A stretch of 64,000 nt of DNA, from positions 868,001 through 932,000 of the forward strand of contig NC_043008.1 of the NCBI RefSeq assembly GCF_006345805.1, written 5' to 3'. Under the pieces are notes generated by a model, which was given only the letters and a program-made list of their open reading frames with translations, was not told the DNA's origin and did not search any database. Positions 26,362-39,655 of the stretch are shown one piece after another. How positions within the stretch are numbered: the stretch's first letter is position 1; each line of letters starts with the position of its first letter. Source of the DNA: Octopus sinensis. Lineage: Eukaryota. Made by a program: the position numbers and the translations under genes.

Positions 26362-29300
26362 GACTAGACCACCCGAATGCGCCAACGTGGACATGGAGCA
26401 ACCGCATCGGGTCGTCGAGATCGTATCTAGATAGGATACTGTGTAGGACAGTAGATAGAGATAGCATAGGATGTCCACAATTCCACATAGTCAGCTACAC
26501 GGATCACAAACTTGTGACATGTACGCTAGACTTAGGTAAGACACTTAGGCAGGGTCCCGGATACTGGAAACTAAACGCGTCTTTCCCATCGAGACAAGTT
26601 TTCAGAGACCGGATTAGCACACTAGTAAAGAGGGTTTTGACGGGAGCCATCATCAACAACAAATGGTGGTTTGCCCTCAAGAGAGCAGTAAAAGCAGAAG
26701 CGATTAGGTACAGCAAAGCACTAGCCATAGATAGAAATAGAGTAGAGGGTGAGCTAGTTAGAAGCTAGAAGAGGCAATTAGAAGCGGCATCGCATCCGAC
26801 GTTTTGGCGGCGAGGTTGGCCCTCGACCAACACTTCAACGCCAAACACGAAGGATGTGCTGTCAGAGCTAGGATGCGTGCTCTAAGGAACGAAGGTGTTG
26901 AGCCGCGAGAGAGGCCCGGGTGGCAGAGGCGCAACAGGGCAACAAGCCACCATTCGGTCACTGGTAGATGAACAGGGGCGCGAATTGCTCGAGCCAAGTA
27001 AAATGTGTGAGGCCTTTCAGCAGCATTTTGCCCGACTGTTCGGAACGAGTGGAGGGCAAGAACGTAGGGTGGACTTCAGTGCCTACCTACATAGCCTACC
27101 ACGACTCTCGACAAGAAAGGCAGGGTGCTGCGAAGGTGCCATCACGGCGGCGGAAGTGCGGGAAGCGATGGCAGAATGCTCGAGGGACAAATCACCGGGT
27201 TTGGATGGTCTACCCTACGAGCTTTACAATTGTATGCCAGACTTGTTTGGAGATCTCTTGGCGGCGGTGTACTGCAACTGGCAGCAAAACGGGAGCATTC
27301 CTGGTTTTGTGAGCCGAGGAGCCGTAACACTGCTGAAGAAAGATCTAAACAAGGGAAATGTAATAGATAACTTTAGGCCCATCACTCTGCTTAATGCAGA
27401 CTTGAAAATTTTGGCCAAGGTGCTAGCCAAGAGGTTGGCGCTTGTCATCGAGAAACTGGTCGACAAGGCGCAAACATGCGCCGTGCCAGGCCGGACCATC
27501 CATGACAACTCCATCTGATGCGCTACATCATAGACAGGGTAGTTAACGAACCTGGCATGGGTGGGGCCCTGATCAACTTGGATCAATCAAAAGCTTTGAT
27601 AGGGTAGACCATCGATACTTGGAGGCAGTCCTGAGAGCGGCTGGTTTCGGTCCCGTCTTCCGCGGCTGGATAGCTGCCTTGTACAGAGGCATCCGTTCGG
27701 TAATTCGCGTAAATGGACATCTATCGAGACCTTTCGACATTGCACGTTCGGTCCGTCAGGGATGCCCCCTCTCGGCGCTTCTATACGTATTGACTCTTGA
27801 GCCACTACTGCGGAAGCTGGCGACTCTAAGGGGCATCCCGCGAGAATTGGGATGCGGGACGAGCGTGTCTGCATACGCGGACGACGTCACCGTCATAGTG
27901 TCTAGCCACGAGCACATCGAGCTGGTCGGCGAGACACTGAAAAACTACGAAGCGGTGACAGGAGCGAAAATCAACCGGGAAAAGTCAGTGGGCTTGCGAC
28001 TAGGCACCTGGAGAAGCAAGCCCATGCCGTCCACCAGCGCCTCCGTCGTGGGACGCTGGACCGACGGCCGGTTGAGTTGCTCGGGGTCTGGTTTGGTCCG
28101 GACCTCCAAGTGGAGAAGAACTGGAACGAGATAACGAGTAGGGTGGTCACTCTCGCCCGGCAATGGGCCGAGAGGAAACTGTCCCTAAAAGGTCGAGCGG
28201 AGGTGGCGAACACGTACATCGCGTCCGTCATCTACTACCGCCTGACCGTCGTACCTTGTCCCGACCCTACCATCACCAAACTACAACGCATCCTCTTTCG
28301 CTTCTTGTGGAAAGGATGCGTCCCGATGGTCAGGCGATCCATTTGCTGTCAACACCCGTTAAAAGGAGGGCTGGGCATGCCGTGGTTGATGATGCGCAGA
28401 CACGCGCTGAGACTGCGACATCTCTGGCTCTATGTAGACGACGGTGAACAGGTGTGGTCGCCGTTTGTGAGGCACGCTTTCCCGCAGCTCGTCTCCATGA
28501 CCGAACTGCAGTCGTGGATCAAAAAGAGGCCGAGGAAGGGCGAATGGCACCGCGAGTGTCGCGTTGCTCTCAAGCAACTCTGCCGTCCTGGGTCGACCTT
28601 AAGTGACTTCAACACAACCAAAGCATTCTATAGGGGTTTAGTGGAGGGGAGGTACGACGACGAGCTCGGGGCGAACCTGGACGTCGACGAGGAGTACCTG
28701 ACCCGCCTGTTCGGGACGACTTTCGGGCCAGGGCCCATGGACAACTTCCAGAGATCCCTGGCCTGGCAGTGCTACCGAGAAGCGCTACCCGTTCGGGATA
28801 AGCTCTACAGACACGGCTCGAGAAACACGGGGCCGACCTGCCCGAGATGCGGTCAGAGCGACGAAACCGTTCTGCACGCACTCGTTCAGTGTCCAACAAT
28901 TTCCGACCTGTGGGCTTATGTCGAACAACTGCTGTCACGTGTGGGACGAGTCGGTTTATCAGCTGAGTCTATCGTCAATTTGTCACGCCTCCTTCCTTCA
29001 AACGGGAAGGAAGAGCTATTTTCATCATCCTTGTGGCTATGGCGAAAGAATGTATCTGGTGGACGCGTCTGAAAGGATTGGAGACAAACACTTTCCTCTC
29101 TGGTCAATCTCTCATCAACTTCTTCAAGTACCACTTGAAAAGGAAAGTGAGAGTAGAGAGGCAAGTTTTGTCTAGCGAATTTTTAAAAAAAGATGGGTGA
29201 ATGTAGCAAGAATGGCACGTATGAATGACGAAGCCACCTTGAGCATAGTCCTATGAACCCAGAAATCGAAAACAGAGAGTTGCTTATTTGCAAAAAAAAA

Positions 29301-29651
29301 AAAAAAAAAAAAAATATAAAATGTGACTTCATTGACCGAGGTTACCGTGGTCTTTTCCGCAGGCTTTTCTTTCACGGGTAAACCTCACCTGTCCTCCCCT
29401 TTACACTTCATATTGACATTTCTGTGATAACGATCCCTATTGATCATTTTTTTTTCCTCTCCCCCTTTTTTTTTTTTTTTTTTTTTAACCCCCTTATTTT
29501 TGTCCTCTCTCTTCCTTTTACGACCCCTTTTGATCGAACTTCCCCCTTCCTTTTTTTTTTTTTTTTTTTTTTTTTAATACCTTCAAAAGAAAAGCTCTAC
29601 CTTGTAATTTGTTCTATCTGTGTGCAGCCCTGTGTGGCTAATAAAGAAACA

Positions 29652-29652
<1 letters not shown>
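26361..29652 (+). mobile_element. Tx1-clade LINE copy B, 5'-truncated within the endonuclease; young
   Basis: [106 protein letters not shown]. Stop at 29254-29256, AATAAA at 29640-29645, then (ATCT)n at 29653-29680. Confidence 0.96.
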
Positions 29653-29684
<32 letters not shown>

Positions 29685-31583
29685 CTCCCTCTGTCTCTGT
29701 CTGTTTGTCCCTCTCTCTCTCTTTCTCTGTATATATATTATATATATACATACGGACACACGCATATGTTCATATATATATATATGAATAAATGTATGCA
29801 TTCTTTGGGTGTATCATTGTATGTATCTTATATTTATGCATACCTAACAACATACACACACATATATATAGAAAAATAGAGTCATTGCTGTCAACCATAC
29901 ATACATGAATATATACATGCATGCATACACACACACGTATATATGAATGCACATGTATCTAGGTATGTGTGTGTGTGTGTGTGCGTGTATGTGTGTGCGT
30001 CCGTGTATATGCATATATATAAGCGTAAATGTTCACACACACACACAGAGAAACACTCAGAAACGTACACTCGCACACACATATATGTATTCTTATAATT
30101 TTCCCTTTCTATTGTTAATTTCTAGAAATAATGTCAAAAAGAAACTCTCGATAAAATCTATCTAGATATTAATTTTCTTTTATCAGCTTTGTATATCCTA
30201 TATATATCTTTCATTAAAAACATGTTTTTACCTTCCAATTCAACATCTAATTCTTTTTCTCTTTTCTTCTTCTTCATCTTGATATTCTCCAAACAGAATA
30301 TTCAACTTTCTTTTTCTTACAGTGATTTGCTTTAATTACATTTTAGCTTGAACTGTACATTTACTGCTATCATTACTTTTTACATATTTTTTAGTCGTTT
30401 TTTTCTAAAAACTATCTTCCTTTCGTTTGTTTCGCATTTTTCTTTGAACGTTTGCATCTATCTAATTATATATATATACGCATATGACTGAATACACAAC
30501 TGCATACGTATATATTTACACACATACATATATGTATGCTTATGTACGTTTGGGTGTGTGTATATACATACGAACATAAATATATACAGACATACATACT
30601 ATGTAATCACACGTACCTGCCGCCCAGGCGCCTGTAGTTGAAGTGGCGCCTTGTGCAGATAAAAAGCAAGCCAGAAATTTTTATAGAAGAAAATGAGAAA
30701 TAAAATGATTTAATAAAAAAATTACAAAGTCCTGCTAAATAAAACCTATTTCAATCTAATATAAGGTATCATATACCTTCGCGTACTGTCGCATGCGGCT
30801 GCCGAATTATCATATATCGAATATGTAAGCGCGCACACACAAGCACGCTCACGCACACAGAAAGTGTTTACTCGTTTCTCTCATGGTTGAGTTATACATA
30901 CATACATATACATACATACATACATATACATACATACATACATACACATACATAAATACATACATACATATACATACATACATATATACATACATACATA
31001 CATATACATACATACATACATACATATACATACATACATACATATACATACATACATATATACTTACATACATACATGCATGCATTTTTATGTTTGCAAA
31101 TAAATAAGGGTACCGTGTCTGTTCCCTGAATGCTCACGCGACATTCAAAAAACGTACATAAAGTGAGCAAGTTAAAGTTTCAATTTTAATAAAGAATTAT
31201 TATTAGCATTATTAAATAAACTAATAATAACAAAGTGGCCAGCAAACTTAATCTTAAAAGAAAAATATATAGAAATAAATGAGGTACCGAAACACAAACC
31301 AACTTGCTAGAAACAGGAGACAACATTCGAAAAGTACAAATCTCTCACTATAAGTAAACATGCACGGTAAATGCAGCGAATATAAGAAAAATAGACCTTA
31401 ACTTTGCAAAACCCAGAAAGTAAAGAACGGATATATTGGCATCAACTGGACTCATCTTTTGTGCGTCAGCACTTAGGATCATCAGCAAAGTTTACTGTAC
31501 ACAACTACTTATCAAAATATATTTACTATTTTTCTTATATTCGCTGCATTAACCATGCGTGTCATAGATTTGTCACGTTATCA

Positions 31584-31617
<34 letters not shown>

Positions 31618-31632
31618 CATCATTATTATTAC

Positions 31633-31682
<50 letters not shown>

Positions 31683-31717
31683 TATTATTATTATTTATCT
31701 GAGAGATTTATTATTAT

Positions 31718-31945
31718 TTATCTGAGAGATCTCCATGGAATGGAAATAGATGTTTTCAAGATACAACTTGACCGCTTGCTATCCAAGATTCAAGATGAAC
31801 CAATATCAAGACAGGAATGTCAAACGAGGTCAGCGGTATCGAATTACCTCCTTCTCCAAAGACCAATCCCATAGAATTGGCCAATTAGAAGGTGATTACA
31901 CTGGCAGTGCTCCAGCATGGTCGCAGCTTCAGGGCTGAAACATAT
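31718..31945 (+). mobile_element. CR1-like LINE 3' terminal fragment
   Basis: YLRDLHGMEIDVFKIQLDRLLSKIQDEP (the FK..LD..L..I.DEP C-terminal motif), followed by a short UTR; it begins next to (ATT)n. Confidence 0.7.
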
Positions 31946-33026
31946 AATAGAATATATATATATATAAAAAATCAAAATCAAAATGAGGGTGAAAAATTCG
32001 ATATTAATTTGATAATATCAATTTTAACACCAGTGGTCTAGCATATAATCTATCTATCTATCCATATATATATATGTATGTATGTATGTATTTATGTATG
32101 TATGTATGTATGTATGTATGTATGTATGTAGGTAGTTATATACACACGCACACACACAAGAAGAACTTTGTAAGCGCCTGTATATTTTTGTTCGGTACGC
32201 ATGTGTAATATAAATATACACGTTAGAGTCTTAAAGTTTATTAAGTAATCCCTGATAAATTGTTACTCTGAGTTTCCCGTTATAATTATCTGATGACGGT
32301 CGAAGATAATCTTAGTGTAAATATTTGCGAAGATTATACTGCTAATAAATCGCCAACGATTCACATGCGGTCACATATTGAAATGACCGGAAGGGAATGG
32401 GTGAAGAAAAAGTTCTTTCAAAGACAGGAGAGTGCAAGAGAAGGTGGCATGTGTGTGTCTGTGTGGGTATGTGCATGCGCGCAGGTCTGTGTGTGTGTGT
32501 GTGTGTGTAATGATAGCACGCATATGTGTGTGTGTGTTTGGTTGTGGATGTGTATCTATGTGTGTGGTTGGACTTAGTATCGTTTAAGGTCGTAGAAAGA
32601 ATTTATAGTAAAAATTTTGGTAGTGGTGTCTCCTGTTGTGTGTCTACCTACACATGTACGTAGGAGAATGGTCAGTAGAATGTACTGGTAGTTTGAAGTA
32701 TGTGTGTGTGTGTATGTATATGTAGTTTGTGTGTGTTTTGTTTGCAGTGTGTGTGTGTATGTATATACGTGTGTTTTCGTGTGTGTATGTGTGTATTCGT
32801 AGGGGTTGTGTATATATATATATGTATGGGGGGGTATATGTGTATATATATGTGTGTGTGTATGTGTCTGTATGTATGTGTGTATATATTTACGAATGTA
32901 CATAAATATACGAATGTACATAATGTACATAAATATACATATAGATGTACGACTTTGCATTTCTTTACATACATACATACATACATACATACTACATACA
33001 TATATGCATACATATACACACATACA

Positions 33027-33059
<33 letters not shown>

Positions 33060-33066
33060 GCATACA

Positions 33067-33098
<32 letters not shown>

Positions 33099-33716
33099 CA
33101 CACACATACATACATACATACATACATACATACATACAGATAGACAGGCATAATTACTGACAGACAGACAGAGAGACAGACAGACAACATATAGACAGAC
33201 AGATAGATAGATAGATAAATGGATAGATAGATGCTGTCTGTCTGTCTATCTGTTGATGTCCCTCATCTTTGTTTACCTCCATCTCTAGAACTTTTCTGCG
33301 TTTTCTTTTATCAATTCCTTCTGCTACTCTTTCTTTTCTCTTTACTTCTCTCTCTCTCTCTCATTTCTGTCTCTCTCTCTCTCTATCTCTTTCTTCTGTC
33401 TCTCTCTCTTTCTGTCTCATAGGCAATTTCTCAACCATTGAGCAAATCAGTCTTATTTTTCTCTTTCACCCCCTGACATAGTTTCTTCTTGTTTCTTTCT
33501 ATTCTGTCTCCGTTTCTTCCATTCTCTCTATAACATCTCTTCTCTCACAGATACTCAAACTTCGACTGTAGCAGTATTTCATTCAATTGTTCTTCTTTCA
33601 TCCTTTATTTCGTTCTTTCTTGTCCTTCACATCTTTTTTTTTTATCGTACTTTGATTGCTGCTATTTATCTGTCGCTCTAGTTGTGTATCCGAACGTCCG
33701 CCTGTCTACCTGCTTG

Positions 33717-33759
<43 letters not shown>

Positions 33760-33766
33760 CTGTATA

Positions 33767-33813
<47 letters not shown>

Positions 33814-33843
33814 TGTTTAACTATCTATCAATCAGTCTGTCTG

Positions 33844-33888
<45 letters not shown>

Positions 33889-33976
33889 ATCTATCTATCT
33901 ATCTATCTATCTATCTGTCTATCTATCTATCTATCTGTCTGTCCATCTATCTGCCTGCCACTATCTCCACACTATG

Positions 33977-34035
<59 letters not shown>

Positions 34036-34704
34036 GTGTGTGTGTGTATATTTTCATGTATATATATGATGCACCTATATATGTGTGTGTGTATGTATGC
34101 ATGCTCCCATGTATGCATGTATGTACGCATGTATGTATATATGTGTGTATATGTTGGGACCTATTTATCCATCCATTATCTCATATCCATCGTTTTCAAT
34201 CTAAACTTCTTTTCGCCTGTAACTCCCCCCCACCTTTCAATTAATAAGACATTCGTTTCTTTCTCTTCTCAAACATTCTCTCCCTGCGTCTCTCTACGAC
34301 TCACGCTTCGTCCTCTTACAAAACCGCTTTTCACTTCAGTACAAATACAAATATGATACGTTAAAAACAAAACGAAGTAAATAAACATATTAGCAAAAAA
34401 AAAAAAAGAAGAAGAAATTCTCGAAAAATCCAAAAGATACATAACAGTTTATTCTCGAATATTCCTGGAAGCAACTATATTAGTTGAAAGACATCATATC
34501 ATATCATTGTTTTGAAATTATACTATTTCTTTTCTTTCTTATTAAGGATTGCACTAGTTTATGCCTAAACTATGCCAACCTTTCTGGAGACTACAAGGAG
34601 ATGGACGTAGTTGTAAATACGCATGCGCAATTCTATTAGTTTGCGACTATTTATTTTGATATATATATATATATGTGTGTGTCTCTTTTTTTAATTGTTT
34701 CAGT

Positions 34705-34950
34705 TATTTCATTGCGGCCACGCTGGAGCAACGCCTTTAGTCGAGTAAATCGACCCCAGGGCTTATTCTTTGTAAGCCTAGTACTTGCTTGTTATATCGG
34801 TCTCTTTTGCCAAACCGCTATGTTGCGGGGGTGTAAACACACCAGCATCGGTTTTCAAGCAATGTTGTTGTTGGTGGTGGTGGTGGGGAAACACAGACAC
34901 ACAAACACACACACGTATGTAGTTTCCGTCTACCAAATCCACTCACAATA
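34705..34950 (-). mobile_element. Family-2 SINE body fragment
   Basis: Contains ATCGGTCTCTTTTGCCAAACCGCTA and GTTTCCGTCTACCAAATCCACTCAC, shared with the copies at 37216 and 39345. Confidence 0.65.
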
Positions 34951-34979
34951 TATATATATGTAATTTGCTAACGTGGATC

Positions 34980-35800
34980 TCTATAATGCCGACTGGAACT
35001 CAATCATGAGCGAACTATCACGTGCTGAGTGATCTTTCAGTCTGCACACATCTTTTCCAGCATCAAAATATATTGGCAGACCTTTGTAGACACTGTCACA
35101 AATATATGTGCAAAACACACCCCTCCAACACCTGTGAATAAAACTAAGTGCAGATTTGCCCAAAACAAAAACTATTGTCAGAAGAATACGCAAAAGAACA
35201 CGCAAAAAATTTACCGATCTAAAATACTGCCAACAGTGATATATTCGATGGTTATGGGCCTGCTCGAATCAAATAAATATAACCTCCAACAATACATGAA
35301 GACCATCATCAATAACCAAAGATCATCTGAGGAGAAATGGGACATTCAGAGAATAAAAATCAACCTAAAAGTGTTCTTCGTTTTTGCAAAAGAAGCACAG
35401 GGTCACTGTGTCCAGTGTTAGCCCTGTAATTGATGAGAATGACACTCTTCAAGATGATGCCTAAATTTTGAGTGGGATACTGCAGAAACAATACAAATCT
35501 GTTTTCAGCAATCCTGATATGGCCGGCCTGAGCTGTATCAGTGATGCTATTCCCCAACACACTATATCGGACATAACGCCTGGCGGCCCTTATGTCTTAG
35601 CACCGATAAACGAAATTAAACGCAATTCAGCAACAGGTCCTGATAGATTCCTTGATTGTGTCCAGAAGGTGTATCGACACCAACTTGCATTCCCTCTTGC
35701 TAATCTGTGGAGGAACTCACTGGATGCTGGCAATATTCCTGAAAACTTTCTGTCCCAGTCTGTTGTCTCAGTTTGGAAAAGGGTAAATATGTCCTTGAAG
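34980..35800 (+). mobile_element. Degraded CR1-like ORF2 fragment, interrupted by a SINE
   Basis: ADWNSIMSELS, NLKVFFVFAK, ILQKQYKSVFSNP, INEIKRNSATGPD and LAFPLANLWRNSLDAGNIP. Confidence 0.75.
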
Positions 35801-35884
35801 GAACTACCGGCGGAAGTTGATCTCAGAACGTAGCGGAAGACGGAATACTTCTAAGCATTTTGCCCGGCGTGCTAACGTTTCTTA

Positions 35885-36112
35885 ATTCGTTATTACCCAC
35901 AAGGGGCTAAACACAGAGAGGATAAAAAGGACAGACAAAGGGATTAAGTCGATTATATCGACCCCAGTGCATAACTGTTATTTATTTAATCGACCCCGAA
36001 AGGATGAAAGGTAAAGTCGACATCGGGGGAATTTGAACTCAGAACGTAGCGGCAGATGAAATATCGCTAACCACTTCACCCGGTGTGCTAACGTTTCTGC
36101 CAGCTCGCCGCC
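35885..36112 (-). mobile_element. Family-1 SINE, full length (an extra partial copy lies at ~35808-35882)
   Basis: Reverse complement of the 23154 copy. Confidence 0.88.
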
Positions 36113-36879
36113 TTTATAGTAAAGCTTTCATTTTTAGTGAAAGAAAAACACCTAATTTCGAAAGCGATAAACCAGCGACAAACACAGGAAACATTGAATG
36201 TTAGGTAATAAAAAAATCCCAGCATATTACTGGTGGGTCCTTGGCCGGAAGTTTCCCTGTTGATTTCCCTCCAAGAATTTCTATGAAAGACCTTTCATTT
36301 ATGTTTAACGACTAATCAGTTGATACTAATTTATCTGCCACAATTAGCATAGCCTTCCAAGTAGAGCACTCTGAGATGTAATGAAATAAACTAATTCAAT
36401 AGCACGAAGTCGATTCATTAGTATGTAATGCATTAATAGAATTAAACGTGTTATTTTTGAATCAAGAGAGAAGATCCTTAATTAATTACTACTTATACCA
36501 CTTACATATCAATGTGTCTGCTTCTAAGGCACCACAATGTGTGCTGGCATGTGTAAAAATATAATTTCTTATTTCTCCATTGTTATTTAAAACGGTTAAC
36601 ACCAATTATTCGCTTCGATTTCTCTATAATCGTCGAGCAGAGATAAAATAATATAAATTCTTTTTACATGTGTATAACAAAGTGAATTTTTTAAATTTTT
36701 TTATCTCAAACGTGATTAGAGGAAAAAGCAGAATTTAGAGAGAAATGTTAACTAGCAACAAATATGGATGGTTAAGAAAGAAGGAACAGATTTTTTCAAG
36801 AAATGTGGCACCTACGAATGTAATGTCTTAACTACAACACAGCCAATAGCATCTACATTAATAACTTCACAAGCTTCCC

Positions 36880-37080
36880 CCTCCTTCACCTCCTCCTCCT
36901 CCTCCTCATCATCATCATCATCATCATCATTTCTTCTTCTTCTTTTCTTCTTCTTCTTCGTCTTCCTCTTCTTCTTCTTCTTCTTTTTCTTCTCCTCCTT
37001 CTTTTCCCCGTCCTCCTCCTCCTCGTCCTCCTCCTTCTTCTTCTTCTTCTTCTTCTTCTTCTTCTTCGTCTTCTTCTTGT
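36880..37080. repeat. (CCT)/(CAT)/(CTT)n triplet low-complexity tract
   Basis: Direct reading. Confidence 0.9.
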
Positions 37081-37215
37081 GTCTACAACATCAACAATTA
37101 TCCAATTATACATACACACATGCATACATGTTCTTTTATTCTTTTAATCTTTTACATGTCTCAGCACTAAGGGTGTGGCCATGCTGGGGCCACACACACA
37201 CACACACACACACAC

Positions 37216-37371
37216 GCATAGAGGCGTGGTTGTATGGTAAGAAGTTTGCTTCCTAACTTCATGGTTCTGGGTTCAGACCCACTGCCTGGTACTCTCCTAT
37301 TATAGCATCCAGGAACCCATACACGTGTGAGTAGATTTGGTAGACGGCAACTGAAGATACTCACTGTATAT

Positions 37372-37372
<1 letters not shown>
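37216..37372 (+). mobile_element. Family-2 tRNA-derived SINE head
   Basis: GTGGTTGTATGGTAAG A-box-like and GGTTCAGACCC B-box-like motifs, followed by GATTTGGTAGACGGCAACTGAAG. Confidence 0.7.
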
Positions 37373-37406
<34 letters not shown>

Positions 37407-37471
37407 GAATTATGTATATTTATATATATATATTATATATGTTGGGTGTGTGTGTGTGTAAATATAATATA

Positions 37472-37542
<71 letters not shown>

Positions 37543-37964
37543 CTGTGCGTGTATGCACGCTCGAGTGTGTGTGTTATCCATTTCGTTTAACCCGGGTCGT
37601 GTGAGCCATTCGAACTCTCATTATTTCTGTCACCACCATATGTTCAAGCTTATTATAAAATAGGATTATGGATTACTAAATGCTATTCTTCACGACAAAT
37701 TTTGGGTCCATTACCGTCCACTTTCTGCTACAGACAGGAAACATTTAATCACATAACCTAATATGGAAGGTGGATTTATGGAGAATTGGCTACTGCCGGT
37801 TCTTGATACCATTCCGTACACATTGACCCGTTCTATTTCATTAGCTAGATATCATGTAGTTGATAAGGCCAAGTATAACTTGTGAGATAGGGGGTGGCAA
37901 ATATTAATATTTTCAAAAGTATCTTGTAGTTGGAGGAAGAAAGCTATCACACATGACACGCGAA

Positions 37965-38194
37965 GGTGGCGAGCTGGCAGAAACGTTAGCATGCCGGGCG
38001 AAATGCTTAGTGGTATTACGTCTGTCGCTACGTTCTGAGTTCAAATTCCGCCGAGGTCGATTTTGCCTTTCATCTTTTCGGGGTCGATAAATAAAGTACC
38101 AGTTTCACACTGGGGTCGATGTAGTCGACTTAATCCCTTTGTCTGTCCTTGTTTGTCCCCTCTATGTTTAGCCCCTTGTGGGCAATAAAGAAAT
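37965..38194 (+). mobile_element. Family-1 SINE, full length
   Basis: Close match to 23154-23383. Confidence 0.9.
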
Positions 38195-39259
38195 ATATCA
38201 CATATAACACGTGAAAACTTCCGGTGAGGATAAGGAAGCGAAGGAGAAACCATTGGCTGATTGGCTGATGCAATATGAATCACTACACGAAGACATGAAT
38301 TCAACCTGAGACCAAAATATCTACTATGATAACCATACCAGCGTAGACACAGCCTAAAACACCTGGGAGACAGGTGATACTATTGAACTAGAAACAAATT
38401 TAGACTATAAATACGAAAGAGCACACATATGTAGACTTGTGATTCGAACAGATTAGTAAGTAGATCATTTTTCAATACGTAAGATTGATATTGTGGCGAT
38501 CGGAGTGTGGGTGGTGTTCGATCGTATGGTGTTTGTTTGTGTCAATAACTGTTGCTTTTATTGTAAAAGATTTGCTAAATTATATTTCTTTCATTTCTAG
38601 GCAAGTATACAGCTGATAAAATATTTGCATATATTAAATAACAAAGCGAAGGAAATAAAGGGACCGATAATAATAATAAAAAAAAGATGGTTTGTTGTCT
38701 TTATTGTTTCAATATCTTTTCATTCCTGGTAGTCTTTGCAAAAGTTGTCATATTTCCAGCAATAATGGCAGCAAGTTGGCAGAATCAATCATTAAATGTA
38801 TTAAACCAGATACCATTCTTCTTTCTCTGTATTGAATTCAAATCCCCGCTGGTAAAGTCTTTCACTGTCACTTCTCACCGCACCACACATAGAACGGTCG
38901 TTAAAATAAGAAATATTGGTAGTCGATTTTATCGACCGCCCTCACATACTAGAATGTTTTTTTTTTGTTTAAATGTCAAGGGTTCGTATGTGTAGCGGAT
39001 GGATACATACACAAATACGTAGATACGTGTGTCTCAATACATAGATATATATGTATGTACAAACACTCATATATACATATAAACGGATATATAGACATGT
39101 GTGTATGTCTGTAAGGTAGGTGGTTATAAGCATAAAAGCACCAATCATTAAGTAAATTAAAATATTCATAACACTATAGAGTCTGATAATTGTAATTGTT
39201 ATTGATAGTGACTTCGAAGTTTCTCCAGATGCAGTGTTTAAGGAATTTTTATGTATGTA

Positions 39260-39340
<81 letters not shown>

Positions 39341-39344
39341 TATA

Positions 39345-39655
39345 TATATATATACCCACTTGAAGGATTTACAAACAAACCGACCCCTGTAATTACTCGG
39401 TCTCTTTTGCGAACCTCTAAGTTGCTTGGCGGTAAACAGACCACCTCTGTCTATCAAACAGAGGTGGGGCAAATACAAACGCAGACACATGCACACTTAT
39501 ACGACGGTCTTCTTTCAGTTTCCGTCTTCCAAAACCCTCACAAGGTTTGGTCGAGCCGAGGCTTTAATAGGAGACACTTGCCCGAGGTCCTACGCTGATG
39601 GTATGAAGACAGAACCATGTTATTGAGAAGCAAACTTCTTATTGCACAGCCATAC
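39345..39655 (-). mobile_element. Family-2 SINE
   Basis: CTTTCAGTTTCCGTC, GACACTTGCCC and GAACCATG..AAGCAAACTTCTTA motifs. Confidence 0.7.

Noticed and set aside
30610-30660. GC-rich CCCAGGCGCC...GGCGCC resembling a hAT-type end
   Set aside because: No partner TIR or 8-bp TSD found.
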